DNA of 64,000 nt, taken from assembly GCA_945860705.1 (NCBI GenBank), contig CAMART010000003.1, positions 56,643 to 120,642 of the forward strand. The letters are read 5' to 3'. Under the pieces are notes generated by a model that was not told the origin of the DNA, made no database searches, and saw only the letters and a program-made list of their open reading frames with translations. The translations under genes were made by a program, and so were the position numbers. The DNA comes from Chitinophaga pinensis. GTDB lineage: Bacteria > Bacteroidota > Bacteroidia > Chitinophagales > CAMDFR01. This document shows positions 22,655 through 31,538 of the stretch, one piece after another. Within the stretch, counting starts at the first letter, position 1; every line of letters begins with the position of its first letter.

Positions 22655-22888
22655 TTATTTCTTATTAAGTAATAAGTCACTTAATTCTATTTGCATACCA
22701 TCTGCTAATTCTTTTAGATAAACAATAGATGGATTTATATATCCTTTTTCTAATCTATTTATATTCTGTCTATCTTTATCTGTAAGCCTTGCTAATTCAG
22801 ACTGTGTGATATCAAGACTTTCTCTTTTAGATTTAACGAGTTGTCCAATTTCAATTAAAAAATTTCGCTTATCTTTTTTTGAAATCAT
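22655..22888 (-). CDS. XRE-family helix-turn-helix regulator (77 aa)
   Basis: IGQLVKSKRESLDITQSELA...INRLEKGYINPS; start moved to ATG 22888 because the longer ORF runs through the divergent promoter. Confidence 0.88.
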   Translation of the reverse strand: MISKKDKRNFLIEIGQLVKSKRESLDITQSELARLTDKDRQNINRLEKGYINPSIVYLKELADGMQIELSDLLLNKK

Positions 22889-22922
22889 TAAAAGCGAAAT
22901 TGATATATAGTATGAAAAAAAA

Positions 22923-22942
22923 TGTAATCGTACTTGATTACA
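22923..22942. promoter_or_regulatory. Putative XRE operator TGTAATC-N6-GATTACA
   Basis: Perfect 7-6-7 inverted repeat between the divergent XRE and lipoprotein genes. Confidence 0.65.
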
Positions 22943-22994
22943 AAAAATAATATTTATATCTTGTATTAATATTGTTAACATAAATAAAAAAAAC

Positions 22995-24154
22995 ATGAAA
23001 AATTTAAAATTTTTGTTTGTACTTATTTTTATAATAAGTATATTTAGTTGTAGAAAAGATATTCAAAAATCTTATGTAGAAAAATCAATAAAGAAACTTA
23101 CTTATACAAGCAAAAAAACAAATGAATCAAATAAAACAATTTCACAAATTAATTACGAACTAGTTGATGGTCGATTAAAATTTGAGAATAAAGAAGATTT
23201 TAATGATATGCTCATAGGATTAGATAATGAAGTATTGGATGATTGGGAAGGAAGTATAGGTTTTACATCTTATAGAACTAGTACTAATAAGGAAGTATAG
23301 GTTTTACATCTTATAGAACTAGTACTAATATGGAAGAAGCATTAGATGATGCATTAGAAAGTGAAACAGAACTAAACCTAAGTGATAGACAGCTTGCTTC
23401 TGTACTAAATGGAAATGGAATAATTCAGGTAAGTCCATTTATTTTTAAATTAATACCAGAAACTAGAACAGTATTAGTATTGGACGAAGTAAATATTTCA
23501 AATTTGAGCCTTTTACAAACATCTACTACTGCTAATAATGATGCATTTATTTTTGAATATTCATTTGATGAAGATGTGTTTGATGAACTAGAAGCTCAGC
23601 CAGACCCTAGCTCCAGAACTAGTGCGAGGCAAGGTTGTAATGATAAATATGCTAGAGCTAGTACAGATAAATATAATAACGAAGAGTCTTGTGGTTGGAT
23701 ATATGTGTCTGGAGCAAATAGAAAATTTAAATATTGGGCAAAACTAGATTATAATAGTGCTGGAATCAATAAAAAATTCTTTTTAGATATTAAAAGAAGA
23801 CAAAGAACTCATACAAGTGCTTGGAGAAAACCTTGGGCAGCTACAAATGTAGATTTTACGGCTCAATGGGCATATTGTACTAGATGTGGAGCTGAAAGTA
23901 CAGGAGAATGTCCATCACCACAAACTGTAGAATCAAGTATTCATACAAAATTCAATCCATATAGAACTTCAGTACCTGGTATAACAGGTACTTTATATTA
24001 TTGGTCTAATGTAACCGATAGAGAATACGTATTCTATAGAGGAACAAGGTCGTTAAAATCATATTATGCAAGAGCACAAACTAAATATTATTCGTGTGAA
24101 GGATCTATACTAGCGCCAAGTACAAGATATTTGTTAATAGAAGATTATAATTAA
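22995..24154 (+). pseudogene. Lipoprotein gene (372 aa if intact) split into ORFs 22995-23300 and 23330-24154 by a 41-bp duplication
   Basis: Lipobox IFSC; removing one 41-bp copy joins ...SYRTSTN to MEEALDD... in frame; N-terminal part resembles DUF4848-type lipoproteins (from memory). Confidence 0.8.
23249..23330 (+). repeat. Exact 41-bp tandem duplication
   Basis: aggaagtataggttttacatcttatagaactagtactaata at 23249-23289 and 23290-23330. Confidence 0.97.
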
Positions 24155-24157
24155 TAT

Positions 24158-24943
24158 ATGAGATTATTTTTATTAGTTATTTTAACATCATACTCAGTTT
24201 TTTGTGCAGAAGCACAAAAAACTGAGTATGGTATTTTGATGAATTATGGGGTAAATTATACAACTAATAAAGTGGTATTTTCAGACTTAACAAACAATTT
24301 TAAAGCATATAATGTCCCTAATTTCAAGTTTCAATTTGGCGCATATATCACATTGAAAAATCACTATCATATCGAATGTAACTATAGGTGGGCTATAATT
24401 TCTATAGGATATAAATATAGTCGCATACTAAATTTGGAAAAAGGTGTTCATTCTTCAAGAACATATAGTCCACATAATAACTTTAACGTATTATTTGGTT
24501 ATAATATTTTTAATAAGAAGTTATCAATAATGCCATATATAGGTATTAATTATATGTTTGATAATAATTATAATACTATTAGGGGAGGTTATTCTAGAAG
24601 TGGTGGCGAAGTATATGATTCTACAGGTACTATACTAATCAGTTCTGATTCTGAAGGTAATGATAGTGCTTATATGCCTAGAAAAGATATATTTGGTGTA
24701 GATATGGGTATTAGATTAAACTATAAAATAAAGATGATAAATTTCATGTTTAATATTGGCTATACACAAGGATTAAGTACTTATTTTTATGGAAGATACT
24801 ATAGTCATGAATACAGAAGAGAACCATATCTAAATACAGGAATGTTTAAACATTTACTAAAAAGTAATTCTTCTTATTTATATATGACAGCAGGTATATC
24901 ACTTAATATAGGATATTGGATTAAAAGGAAAAGTAATACTTAA
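24158..24943 (+). CDS. Probable outer-membrane beta-barrel protein
   Basis: Signal peptide ending AEA-Q; alternating Gly/aromatic strands (FQFGAYI, LFGYNI, PYIGINY, MGIRLNY, IGYTQG, AGISLNI). Confidence 0.7.
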   Translation: MRLFLLVILTSYSVFCAEAQKTEYGILMNYGVNYTTNKVVFSDLTNNFKAYNVPNFKFQFGAYITLKNHYHIECNYRWAIISIGYKYSRILNLEKGVHSSRTYSPHNNFNVLFGYNIFNKKLSIMPYIGINYMFDNNYNTIRGGYSRSGGEVYDSTGTILISSDSEGNDSAYMPRKDIFGVDMGIRLNYKIKMINFMFNIGYTQGLSTYFYGRYYSHEYRREPYLNTGMFKHLLKSNSSYLYMTAGISLNIGYWIKRKSNT

Positions 24944-25001
24944 TTAGATATAACTATAGACTTATCATTTTGACAATGTTAAGTATAATAACTTCATCAA
25001 C

Positions 25002-25054
25002 AATTTTCAAATCCGCTAATTATCAAATCTGCTAATTATCAAATCTGCTAATTA
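25002..25054 (-). repeat. About 3.3 copies of a 16-bp tandem repeat (aattatca-aatctgct on the + strand)
   Basis: Read directly; ends 2 bp from the hppD stop codon. Confidence 0.88.
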
Positions 25055-25056
25055 GA

Positions 25057-26190
25057 TTAAAGGTTTCCTCTACTTGCTTGTTCTCTTTCTATACTTTCAA
25101 ATAGAGCCTTGAAATTGCCTTTACCAAAAGATTTGGCACCTTTTCTTTGTATGATTTCATAAAACAAAGTAGGTCTATCTTCTACAGGCTTAGTAAATAT
25201 TTGTAATAAATATCCATCATCATCTCTATCTATAAGAATATTTTGTTCTTTAAGTAAGTCTAGATTTTCTTCTATATGACCTACTCTATCTAGTACATCA
25301 TCATAGTATACTTCTGGTACATATAGAAACTCCACACCTCTTCTACGCATTTCACTTACCGTATCTATGATATTATCTGTTTCTATAGCTATATGTTGCA
25401 CGCCTGCAGTATGATAAAAATCTAGATATTCTTCTATTTGAGATTTTTTCTTTCCATCAGCTGGTTCGTTGATTGGAAATTTGATATAGCCATTACCATT
25501 GCTTACAACTTTACTCATCAATGCAGAGTATTCAGTAGAAATATCATTATCATCAAAAGTCAAAAGTAATTTGAAGCCCATCACATCTTCATAAAATTTT
25601 ACCCATTCATTCATTCTGCCAAGTTCTACATTTCCTACACAATGATCTATATATTTTAGTCCAACAGGAATAGGTTTGAAGGTACTTTGTTTTTTTACAT
25701 AACCGGGCATAAAAGCACCATTATAGTTTTTTCTTTCAACAAACTTATGAATAGTTTCGCCGTATGTTTTTATAGCACTGATTACTACTTCTCCTTCTTC
25801 GTCTTTGATAGTATGTGGCTCTATTACACCTACTGCACCTCTTTTCACAGTTTCATTATACGAACTTGTTGCATCATCTACCCATAGTGCCAATACTTTC
25901 ACGCCATCACCATGTTTTTTTACATGTTCTGATATTTCGCTAGATGGATGTAAAGATGAAGTAAGTACGATGCGTACTTTATTTTGTTGCAATACATAAG
26001 ATGCTCTATCTTTCACACCAGTTTCTGGTCCTGCGTATGCTACCAGTTCAAACCCAAATAAATATTGATAATAATATGAACTTTGTTTTGCATTACCACA
26101 ATAAAACTCAACGTGGTCAGTACCGTTCAAAGGTAAAAAATCATCTGTTTTTTTATAATCTGTAGCTATTGCTGTGTCGTTTCTTTCCAT
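25057..26190 (-). CDS. hppD: 4-hydroxyphenylpyruvate dioxygenase
   Basis: DHCVGNV, KFPINEP, GVQHIA, LLQIFT, EIIQR...FGKGNFKALFE. Confidence 0.97.
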   Translation of the reverse strand: MERNDTAIATDYKKTDDFLPLNGTDHVEFYCGNAKQSSYYYQYLFGFELVAYAGPETGVKDRASYVLQQNKVRIVLTSSLHPSSEISEHVKKHGDGVKVLALWVDDATSSYNETVKRGAVGVIEPHTIKDEEGEVVISAIKTYGETIHKFVERKNYNGAFMPGYVKKQSTFKPIPVGLKYIDHCVGNVELGRMNEWVKFYEDVMGFKLLLTFDDNDISTEYSALMSKVVSNGNGYIKFPINEPADGKKKSQIEEYLDFYHTAGVQHIAIETDNIIDTVSEMRRRGVEFLYVPEVYYDDVLDRVGHIEENLDLLKEQNILIDRDDDGYLLQIFTKPVEDRPTLFYEIIQRKGAKSFGKGNFKALFESIEREQASRGNL

Positions 26191-26235
26191 TATATTATGA
26201 TTTTATTTTATGCAAAAATAACTAATAAAAGCGGA

Positions 26236-27246
26236 TTATTTCGTGACTTTTATCAACTCTATTTCGTAGATGATATTGGTACGTGGTGGTACTCTATCTT
26301 TATACCCAGTATCTCCATAAGCGAGTGTATAAGGGATAAAAATAGTGGCTTTTGAACCCTCTGTCATATTTTTAATACCTTCTTCTAGACCTCTTGCTAG
26401 TTTGCCAGTGCCAAGAGTTGTATTTATTGGATTGTCTACTTTGTCAAATAATGTTCCATCTTCAAAGCTAGCTGTATATTTTATATCTACTTTACAAGTT
26501 TCACAGGGTGTGAGACCATTTCCTATTATTTGTTTATTAATTTTTAAACCAGATGGCAATATCTCCACATTTGGATAATATTTAATAATCGAATCAGTGA
26601 AATTTGTCAAGATGCTTTGTTTAATAGCTTCTGCTTTGCTGTACTGTTCGTACTGATATTTTTGATAGGTTTCTTTATTACAAACAAATGCTTGAGCATT
26701 TTTACCAATTCTATTTATCACTATTTTTTTGATGGTATCTTCTTTTGTAAGCAAATACAATACATCAAAACCAGTATACATACTTCCAAATACGGTGTAT
26801 TTATAATCTAAATTGGGCATTGGCTTTTTGGTCAAATATATTTGAGAGCTATTTGTATTGGGTCCTAAGTTTGCAAAACCCAAAATACCAGCAGCGTTAT
26901 TCAAAATACTACTATCTATTTGGTCATGAAAATAAAAACCAACATTTTCATTGCTATTATTGGATGGATCACCAAATACAATAAATTTATCTTTATTGAT
27001 ATTGTATATTTTTTGATTATCGTAAAAAGGTTTGCTGATTGGGGTAAGCTTATTTTCTAATGTACCTTCAGCTAATCCTACAAAAACACAACTCGGCAAA
27101 GGTACTTTTTGGTATTCTATTTTGAAATTCATTTCACCTTTAGTAGTAATGAATTTTGCATAAATACCTTCCGGCAATTTTTTCTTTTTTGCATAAACAA
27201 CTTGGCTTAATGCTATCAAAAATAAGTATAGTATCGTTTTGTTCAT
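26236..27246 (-). CDS. Secreted two-domain peptidyl-prolyl isomerase (cyclophilin + FKBP)
   Basis: FVGLAEG, FANLGPNTNSSQIY, YTVFG (cyclophilin); Y...DGTLFD...G.EEG...AYG...PP (FKBP). Confidence 0.88.
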   Translation of the reverse strand: MNKTILYLFLIALSQVVYAKKKKLPEGIYAKFITTKGEMNFKIEYQKVPLPSCVFVGLAEGTLENKLTPISKPFYDNQKIYNINKDKFIVFGDPSNNSNENVGFYFHDQIDSSILNNAAGILGFANLGPNTNSSQIYLTKKPMPNLDYKYTVFGSMYTGFDVLYLLTKEDTIKKIVINRIGKNAQAFVCNKETYQKYQYEQYSKAEAIKQSILTNFTDSIIKYYPNVEILPSGLKINKQIIGNGLTPCETCKVDIKYTASFEDGTLFDKVDNPINTTLGTGKLARGLEEGIKNMTEGSKATIFIPYTLAYGDTGYKDRVPPRTNIIYEIELIKVTK

Positions 27247-27298
27247 ATTTTATAAAATCTTCATTACAAAAATATCTAATATTTACTATTAAATTTTA

Positions 27299-27655
27299 TT
27301 ATCCCCAAAATGCATCAATTATATGATTTATTTCAATTTTATCTGCATTTTTAATAATTGTTAAGATATCAAATCTTACTTCTTCTTTAAGGTCATTTAT
27401 CTCAATATAGTGCAAAGCACCTTCTTGTAGTTTTTCTATTTTTTTAGCATTAACAGCATTTTCAGGCAAATCAAATACTGTATTACTTCTGGTTTTTATT
27501 TCTACAAATGCTATAGTACTATCCTTTTTCACTATTAAATCAATCTCTGATTTTTTATATCTATAATTTTTTTCTAGTACTAAATATCCATTATTTAATA
27601 GAAATTCTAAAGCAATCTGCTCTCCTTCAATACCTAAATCATAGTGTTTTGCCAT
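27299..27655 (-). CDS. YraN/UPF0102-family putative endonuclease
   Basis: G.EGE..A, EIDLI, FVEIKTR, RFDI. Confidence 0.92.
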   Translation of the reverse strand: MAKHYDLGIEGEQIALEFLLNNGYLVLEKNYRYKKSEIDLIVKKDSTIAFVEIKTRSNTVFDLPENAVNAKKIEKLQEGALHYIEINDLKEEVRFDILTIIKNADKIEINHIIDAFWG

Positions 27656-27662
27656 AAATAGT

Positions 27663-27694
27663 CAAAAATAATTTGATAAATTTATGTAAAATTG
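27663..27694. promoter_or_regulatory. Divergent promoter pair (TATTTTTG minus 27663-27670; TAAAATTG plus 27687-27694)
   Basis: TAnnTTTG-type elements 7 and 4 nt from the respective start codons. Confidence 0.5.
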
Positions 27695-27698
27695 CAGT

Positions 27699-28685
27699 AT
27701 GAAACAACTAATTGAAGATTTTGGTAAAGAAATTTCACATGCTATAGAAATTGGTCAAAATACTAGTTTTGTAAATACAGATGCCACTTTTGAAAACATA
27801 TTAGTATCGGGTATGGGTGGTTCAGGTATCGGAGGAAGCATAGCATATTCATTGTTAAATGACCAACTAACGATTCCCTTTCAGGTAAATAAAGGATACT
27901 CACTACCAAATTTTATTGGTAAAAAATCACTTGTTGTTGTTTGCTCGTATTCGGGAAATACAGAGGAAAGTATCAGTGCATTTCATCTAGCAAAAGAAAA
28001 AAATGCAACTATAGTTTGTATAACATCTGGAGGAGAATTACAAAAACTTGCTATAGAAAATAATTTAAATCATATCATTATTCCCTCTGGCAGACCACCT
28101 AGAGCATCTTTAGGTTACTCATTAGTTCAGTTATTTTTTGTACTAAAAAATTATCATTTAATAAATGAGTCTATTTTTAATGAACTTAAAGAAACAGTAA
28201 ATTTTATTACTTCAGAGCAAAATGCTATAAGTTCTTTAGCACTAGAAATATCCAATAAAATATATAATAAACTACCAGTAATATATTGCGAAGAGACAAT
28301 CGAATCAATTGCTATAAGATGGAAACAGCAACTCAATGAAAATAGCAAAATGCTTTGTTGGCATAATGTTTATCCAGAGCTCAATCACAATGAATTGGTA
28401 GGCTGGAGAGAAGAAGATAAAAATCTAGCCTTAATTTTCTTAAAAACGGGAGATGAATATATTAGAAATAAATATAGAATAGATTTCAATCAGTCTATTT
28501 TCGAAAAAATAACCGACACAAATATTCATATAATAGCAAAAGGGACAACAAAACTTGATAAAGTGATGTATTTAATTCATTTTGGAGATTGGTTATCTTA
28601 TCACCTAGCAATAAAAAGAGGATATGACCCTATAGAAATAGAAGTTTTGATTGATTTAAAAAATAAGCTTGCAAATACTAAATAA
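27699..28685 (+). CDS. Bifunctional phosphoglucose/phosphomannose isomerase (SIS fold)
   Basis: GMGGSGIGG, SYSGNTEE, TSGG, PPRAS, RWKQQLNENSK, PELNHNE. Confidence 0.92.
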   Translation: MKQLIEDFGKEISHAIEIGQNTSFVNTDATFENILVSGMGGSGIGGSIAYSLLNDQLTIPFQVNKGYSLPNFIGKKSLVVVCSYSGNTEESISAFHLAKEKNATIVCITSGGELQKLAIENNLNHIIIPSGRPPRASLGYSLVQLFFVLKNYHLINESIFNELKETVNFITSEQNAISSLALEISNKIYNKLPVIYCEETIESIAIRWKQQLNENSKMLCWHNVYPELNHNELVGWREEDKNLALIFLKTGDEYIRNKYRIDFNQSIFEKITDTNIHIIAKGTTKLDKVMYLIHFGDWLSYHLAIKRGYDPIEIEVLIDLKNKLANTK

Positions 28686-28686
28686 T

Positions 28687-29733
28687 ATGCAGAACGATGA
28701 GGATTTATCTATTGATAACGATGAAGAAGAAGATTTAATATCAAGGTATGAAATAATAGTAGACAAGGGACAAGAACCTACTAGAATAGATAAATTTTTG
28801 ACCGATAGACTGGAGCGTATAAGTCGTACCAAAATGCAAGCGGCAGCAATTGTAGGAAATCTTACTGTAAATGGAAAAACTGTAAAATCTAATTATAAAA
28901 CCAGACCCTTTGATACCATAGTTTTAGTATTACCAAGACCTATAGGTTATACAAAACTAGAAGCTGAAAATATTCCTTTAGAAATTTTATACGAAGACGA
29001 AGATGTAGTAGTCATTAATAAAAAAGCTGGACTTGTAGTTCATCCTGGTGTAGGAAATTTTACTGGTACTCTAGTCAATGCGCTGATGTACCATTTTAAA
29101 TCACTTCCTAGCAATGGAGATGAAACTAGACCTGGTTTGGTACACCGATTAGATAAAAATACGAGTGGTATTATGGTAATAGCAAAAAACGAATATGCTA
29201 TGAGTCATCTTGCCAAACAATTTTTTGATAGAACAATAGAACGAAATTATGTATCTCTAGTATGGGGCGATGTAGAATCTGATGAAGGCACCGTGGAGGT
29301 AAATATAGGCAGAAGCTCTAGACAACGTCAACAACAAGATGTGTATCCAAATGGAGATGAAGGCAAACATGCAGTAACTCATTACAAAGTATTGGAACGC
29401 TTTGGCTACACTACATTGGTGAGTTGTAAACTAGAAACTGGAAGAACACACCAAATAAGAGTGCATATGAAATATATTGGGCATACTGTATTTAGTGATG
29501 AAAGATATGGTGGCGATAAAATTCTAGCAGGTACTATTTATAGTAAGTATAAGCAGTTTGTAGAGAATTGCTTTACTATGTGTCCTAGACAAGCGTTGCA
29601 TGCAAGGTCTCTAGGATTTAGCCATCCAGTAACTGGCGAATGGATATATCATGAAGCTAATCCGCCTGAAGACATGACTAATGTTATAGAGAAATGGCGA
29701 AACTATTCTAAAAATCTAGAGCTGGATAAATAA
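28687..29733 (+). CDS. rluD: RluA-family 23S rRNA pseudouridine synthase with S4 domain
   Basis: RIDKFL S4 domain, VHRLDKNTSG, ETGRTHQIRVH, QALHA; ATG 28687. Confidence 0.92.
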   Translation: MQNDEDLSIDNDEEEDLISRYEIIVDKGQEPTRIDKFLTDRLERISRTKMQAAAIVGNLTVNGKTVKSNYKTRPFDTIVLVLPRPIGYTKLEAENIPLEILYEDEDVVVINKKAGLVVHPGVGNFTGTLVNALMYHFKSLPSNGDETRPGLVHRLDKNTSGIMVIAKNEYAMSHLAKQFFDRTIERNYVSLVWGDVESDEGTVEVNIGRSSRQRQQQDVYPNGDEGKHAVTHYKVLERFGYTTLVSCKLETGRTHQIRVHMKYIGHTVFSDERYGGDKILAGTIYSKYKQFVENCFTMCPRQALHARSLGFSHPVTGEWIYHEANPPEDMTNVIEKWRNYSKNLELDK

Positions 29734-30408
29734 ATGAATTTTATAGGGCACTACTATATGGACAAGGATATTCAAAATCCTTATTTTACTTTTGGTGCTC
29801 TTCTACCAGATATAGCTAAGGGATTTGCAAAGACGTACAATCAAATGCACAAATTTCCTTTACCTACAAAGCCTACTCATCTTTCTATACAAAATGGCAT
29901 ATATAGACATATGAAAACTGATACTGTTTTTCATAATCTGGAGAGTTTTCACCAAGCTTGTGATGAGTTAGAAATTATATTAAAATCAAATCCCGCATTA
30001 CAGCTTCCAAAAACATTTTTTATAGCACATATATTGGTAGAACTTCTTATTGATAAACATATAGCAATCAATGATATAGAAGTTGTAAGAAATTTTTATC
30101 TAGAAATGAAAGAAATTGATAATACTGAGTTAATATCATACTGTGATTCTATACATTTTTTTGATTTTAAATCAAAAATTTTACCTAGATTTGATATGTT
30201 TATTCAAAATGAGTATGCATTGAAACTTTTACACAATGAAAACGTATTAATTGCGTTAGAGAAAATATGTTTTGATAAATTAGATATAAAAACATCAGAA
30301 CAGGATAAAGAAGTTTTAATAAAATTAATTTCAGATGCAGATGAAGCTATGAAAGATAGGCATCAACTCATATTGGATCAAACAAAAGAAAAATTAAACT
30401 ATGAATAA
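29734..30408 (+). CDS. ACP phosphodiesterase (AcpH)-like protein
   Basis: MNF.GH start, G.LLPD, G..RH..TD..FH, H.LVE...D metal-binding pattern. Confidence 0.6.
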   Translation: MNFIGHYYMDKDIQNPYFTFGALLPDIAKGFAKTYNQMHKFPLPTKPTHLSIQNGIYRHMKTDTVFHNLESFHQACDELEIILKSNPALQLPKTFFIAHILVELLIDKHIAINDIEVVRNFYLEMKEIDNTELISYCDSIHFFDFKSKILPRFDMFIQNEYALKLLHNENVLIALEKICFDKLDIKTSEQDKEVLIKLISDADEAMKDRHQLILDQTKEKLNYE

Positions 30409-31510
30409 ATTTTTTTCGTTATCGCTTTGTTTTTTAGTTGTTTACATATCTAGTGCTCAAGAAGCTAGAAAATATAGCAATGACTTTTTATCTATAGGCA
30501 CTGGAGCAAGAGGTTTGTCCATGAGCAATGCTCAAGTAGCTAGTGTAAGTGATGTGACTGCTGGATATTACAATCCTGCTGGCCTTGCTTTTGTAAATAA
30601 CAATATACAACTAGGTGCTATGCATGCAGAACTTTTTGCAGGCATATCAAAATATGATTATGTAGGTTTTGCAGTACCTTTTGCAGACAAAACTAAAACA
30701 GTAGGTTTTACATTTCTGAGATATGGTGTAGATGATATTCCTAATACACTAAATCTATACAACCCTGATGGAAGTATCGATTATAATAATATTCGTTCGT
30801 TCTCTGTAGGTAGCTATGGTATTTATTTACACTATGCTCAAAAAATAACTGCAGTAAAAAAAGGAGAACTTTCTATAGGTGTGAGCCCAAAAATAGTCTA
30901 TAATAAAATGAGTACTTTCGCTAATTCTGTAGGCTTTGGAATAGACTTAGGTGTACAGTATAGAATCAAAAACTGGAGAATCGGATTTATGGGTAGAGAT
31001 CTTACATCTACATTCAATGCTTGGAAATTTAAATTTACTGATAAAGAAAAAGCAGTGCTAGCTCAAACAGGAAATGAAATACCGGTGAATAGTTTAGAAA
31101 TTACATTACCTAGACTTTGGTTTGGAGTAGCATATGAATATAAGTTTAAAAAAATAATGAAAATAACTCCTGAATTGAATTTTGACCTAAGTACTGATGG
31201 TCAGAGAAATGTACTTATTCCTGGAAAACCTATTAGTATGGATATGAACTTTGGTCTTGAACTCAGTTTTGTAGATATCGTATACTTAAGAACGGGTTTT
31301 GGAAATGTACAAAGAAGTACAGATGATAGAGGAAAAAAAATCACTACTTTCCAACCAAATATCGGTGCTGGTCTTGGATATAAAGGCTATGTAAGACTAG
31401 ACTACGCATATACAAATATTGGTGAAAGTACGGGTGGTTTATACTCTCATGTTATTTCTCTTCACTTAGGTATCAATAAAAAAATTAAGAAAACACCTAC
31501 AACTAGTTAA
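30401..31510 (+). CDS. PorV/PorQ-family (FadL-like) outer-membrane barrel of the T9SS
   Basis: FLSIGTGARGLSM, YYNPAGL, C-terminal LDYAY...SHVISL. Confidence 0.85.
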   Translation: MNKFFSLSLCFLVVYISSAQEARKYSNDFLSIGTGARGLSMSNAQVASVSDVTAGYYNPAGLAFVNNNIQLGAMHAELFAGISKYDYVGFAVPFADKTKTVGFTFLRYGVDDIPNTLNLYNPDGSIDYNNIRSFSVGSYGIYLHYAQKITAVKKGELSIGVSPKIVYNKMSTFANSVGFGIDLGVQYRIKNWRIGFMGRDLTSTFNAWKFKFTDKEKAVLAQTGNEIPVNSLEITLPRLWFGVAYEYKFKKIMKITPELNFDLSTDGQRNVLIPGKPISMDMNFGLELSFVDIVYLRTGFGNVQRSTDDRGKKITTFQPNIGAGLGYKGYVRLDYAYTNIGESTGGLYSHVISLHLGINKKIKKTPTTS

Positions 31511-31538
31511 TGTTGATCAATAATATAAAACATAATTA

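Noticed and set aside
24970-24989. TTGACA and TATAAT hexamers
   Set aside because: Only 8 bp apart, in a convergent gap, and not the Bacteroidota promoter consensus
27299-27655. YraN nuclease as a defence or mobile-element gene
   Set aside because: Widespread conserved gene in a housekeeping context, with no associated repeats or partners
27699-28685. Archaeal-type PGI/PMI as evidence of recent horizontal transfer
   Set aside because: The family also occurs in Bacteroidota, and composition looks like the neighbouring genes
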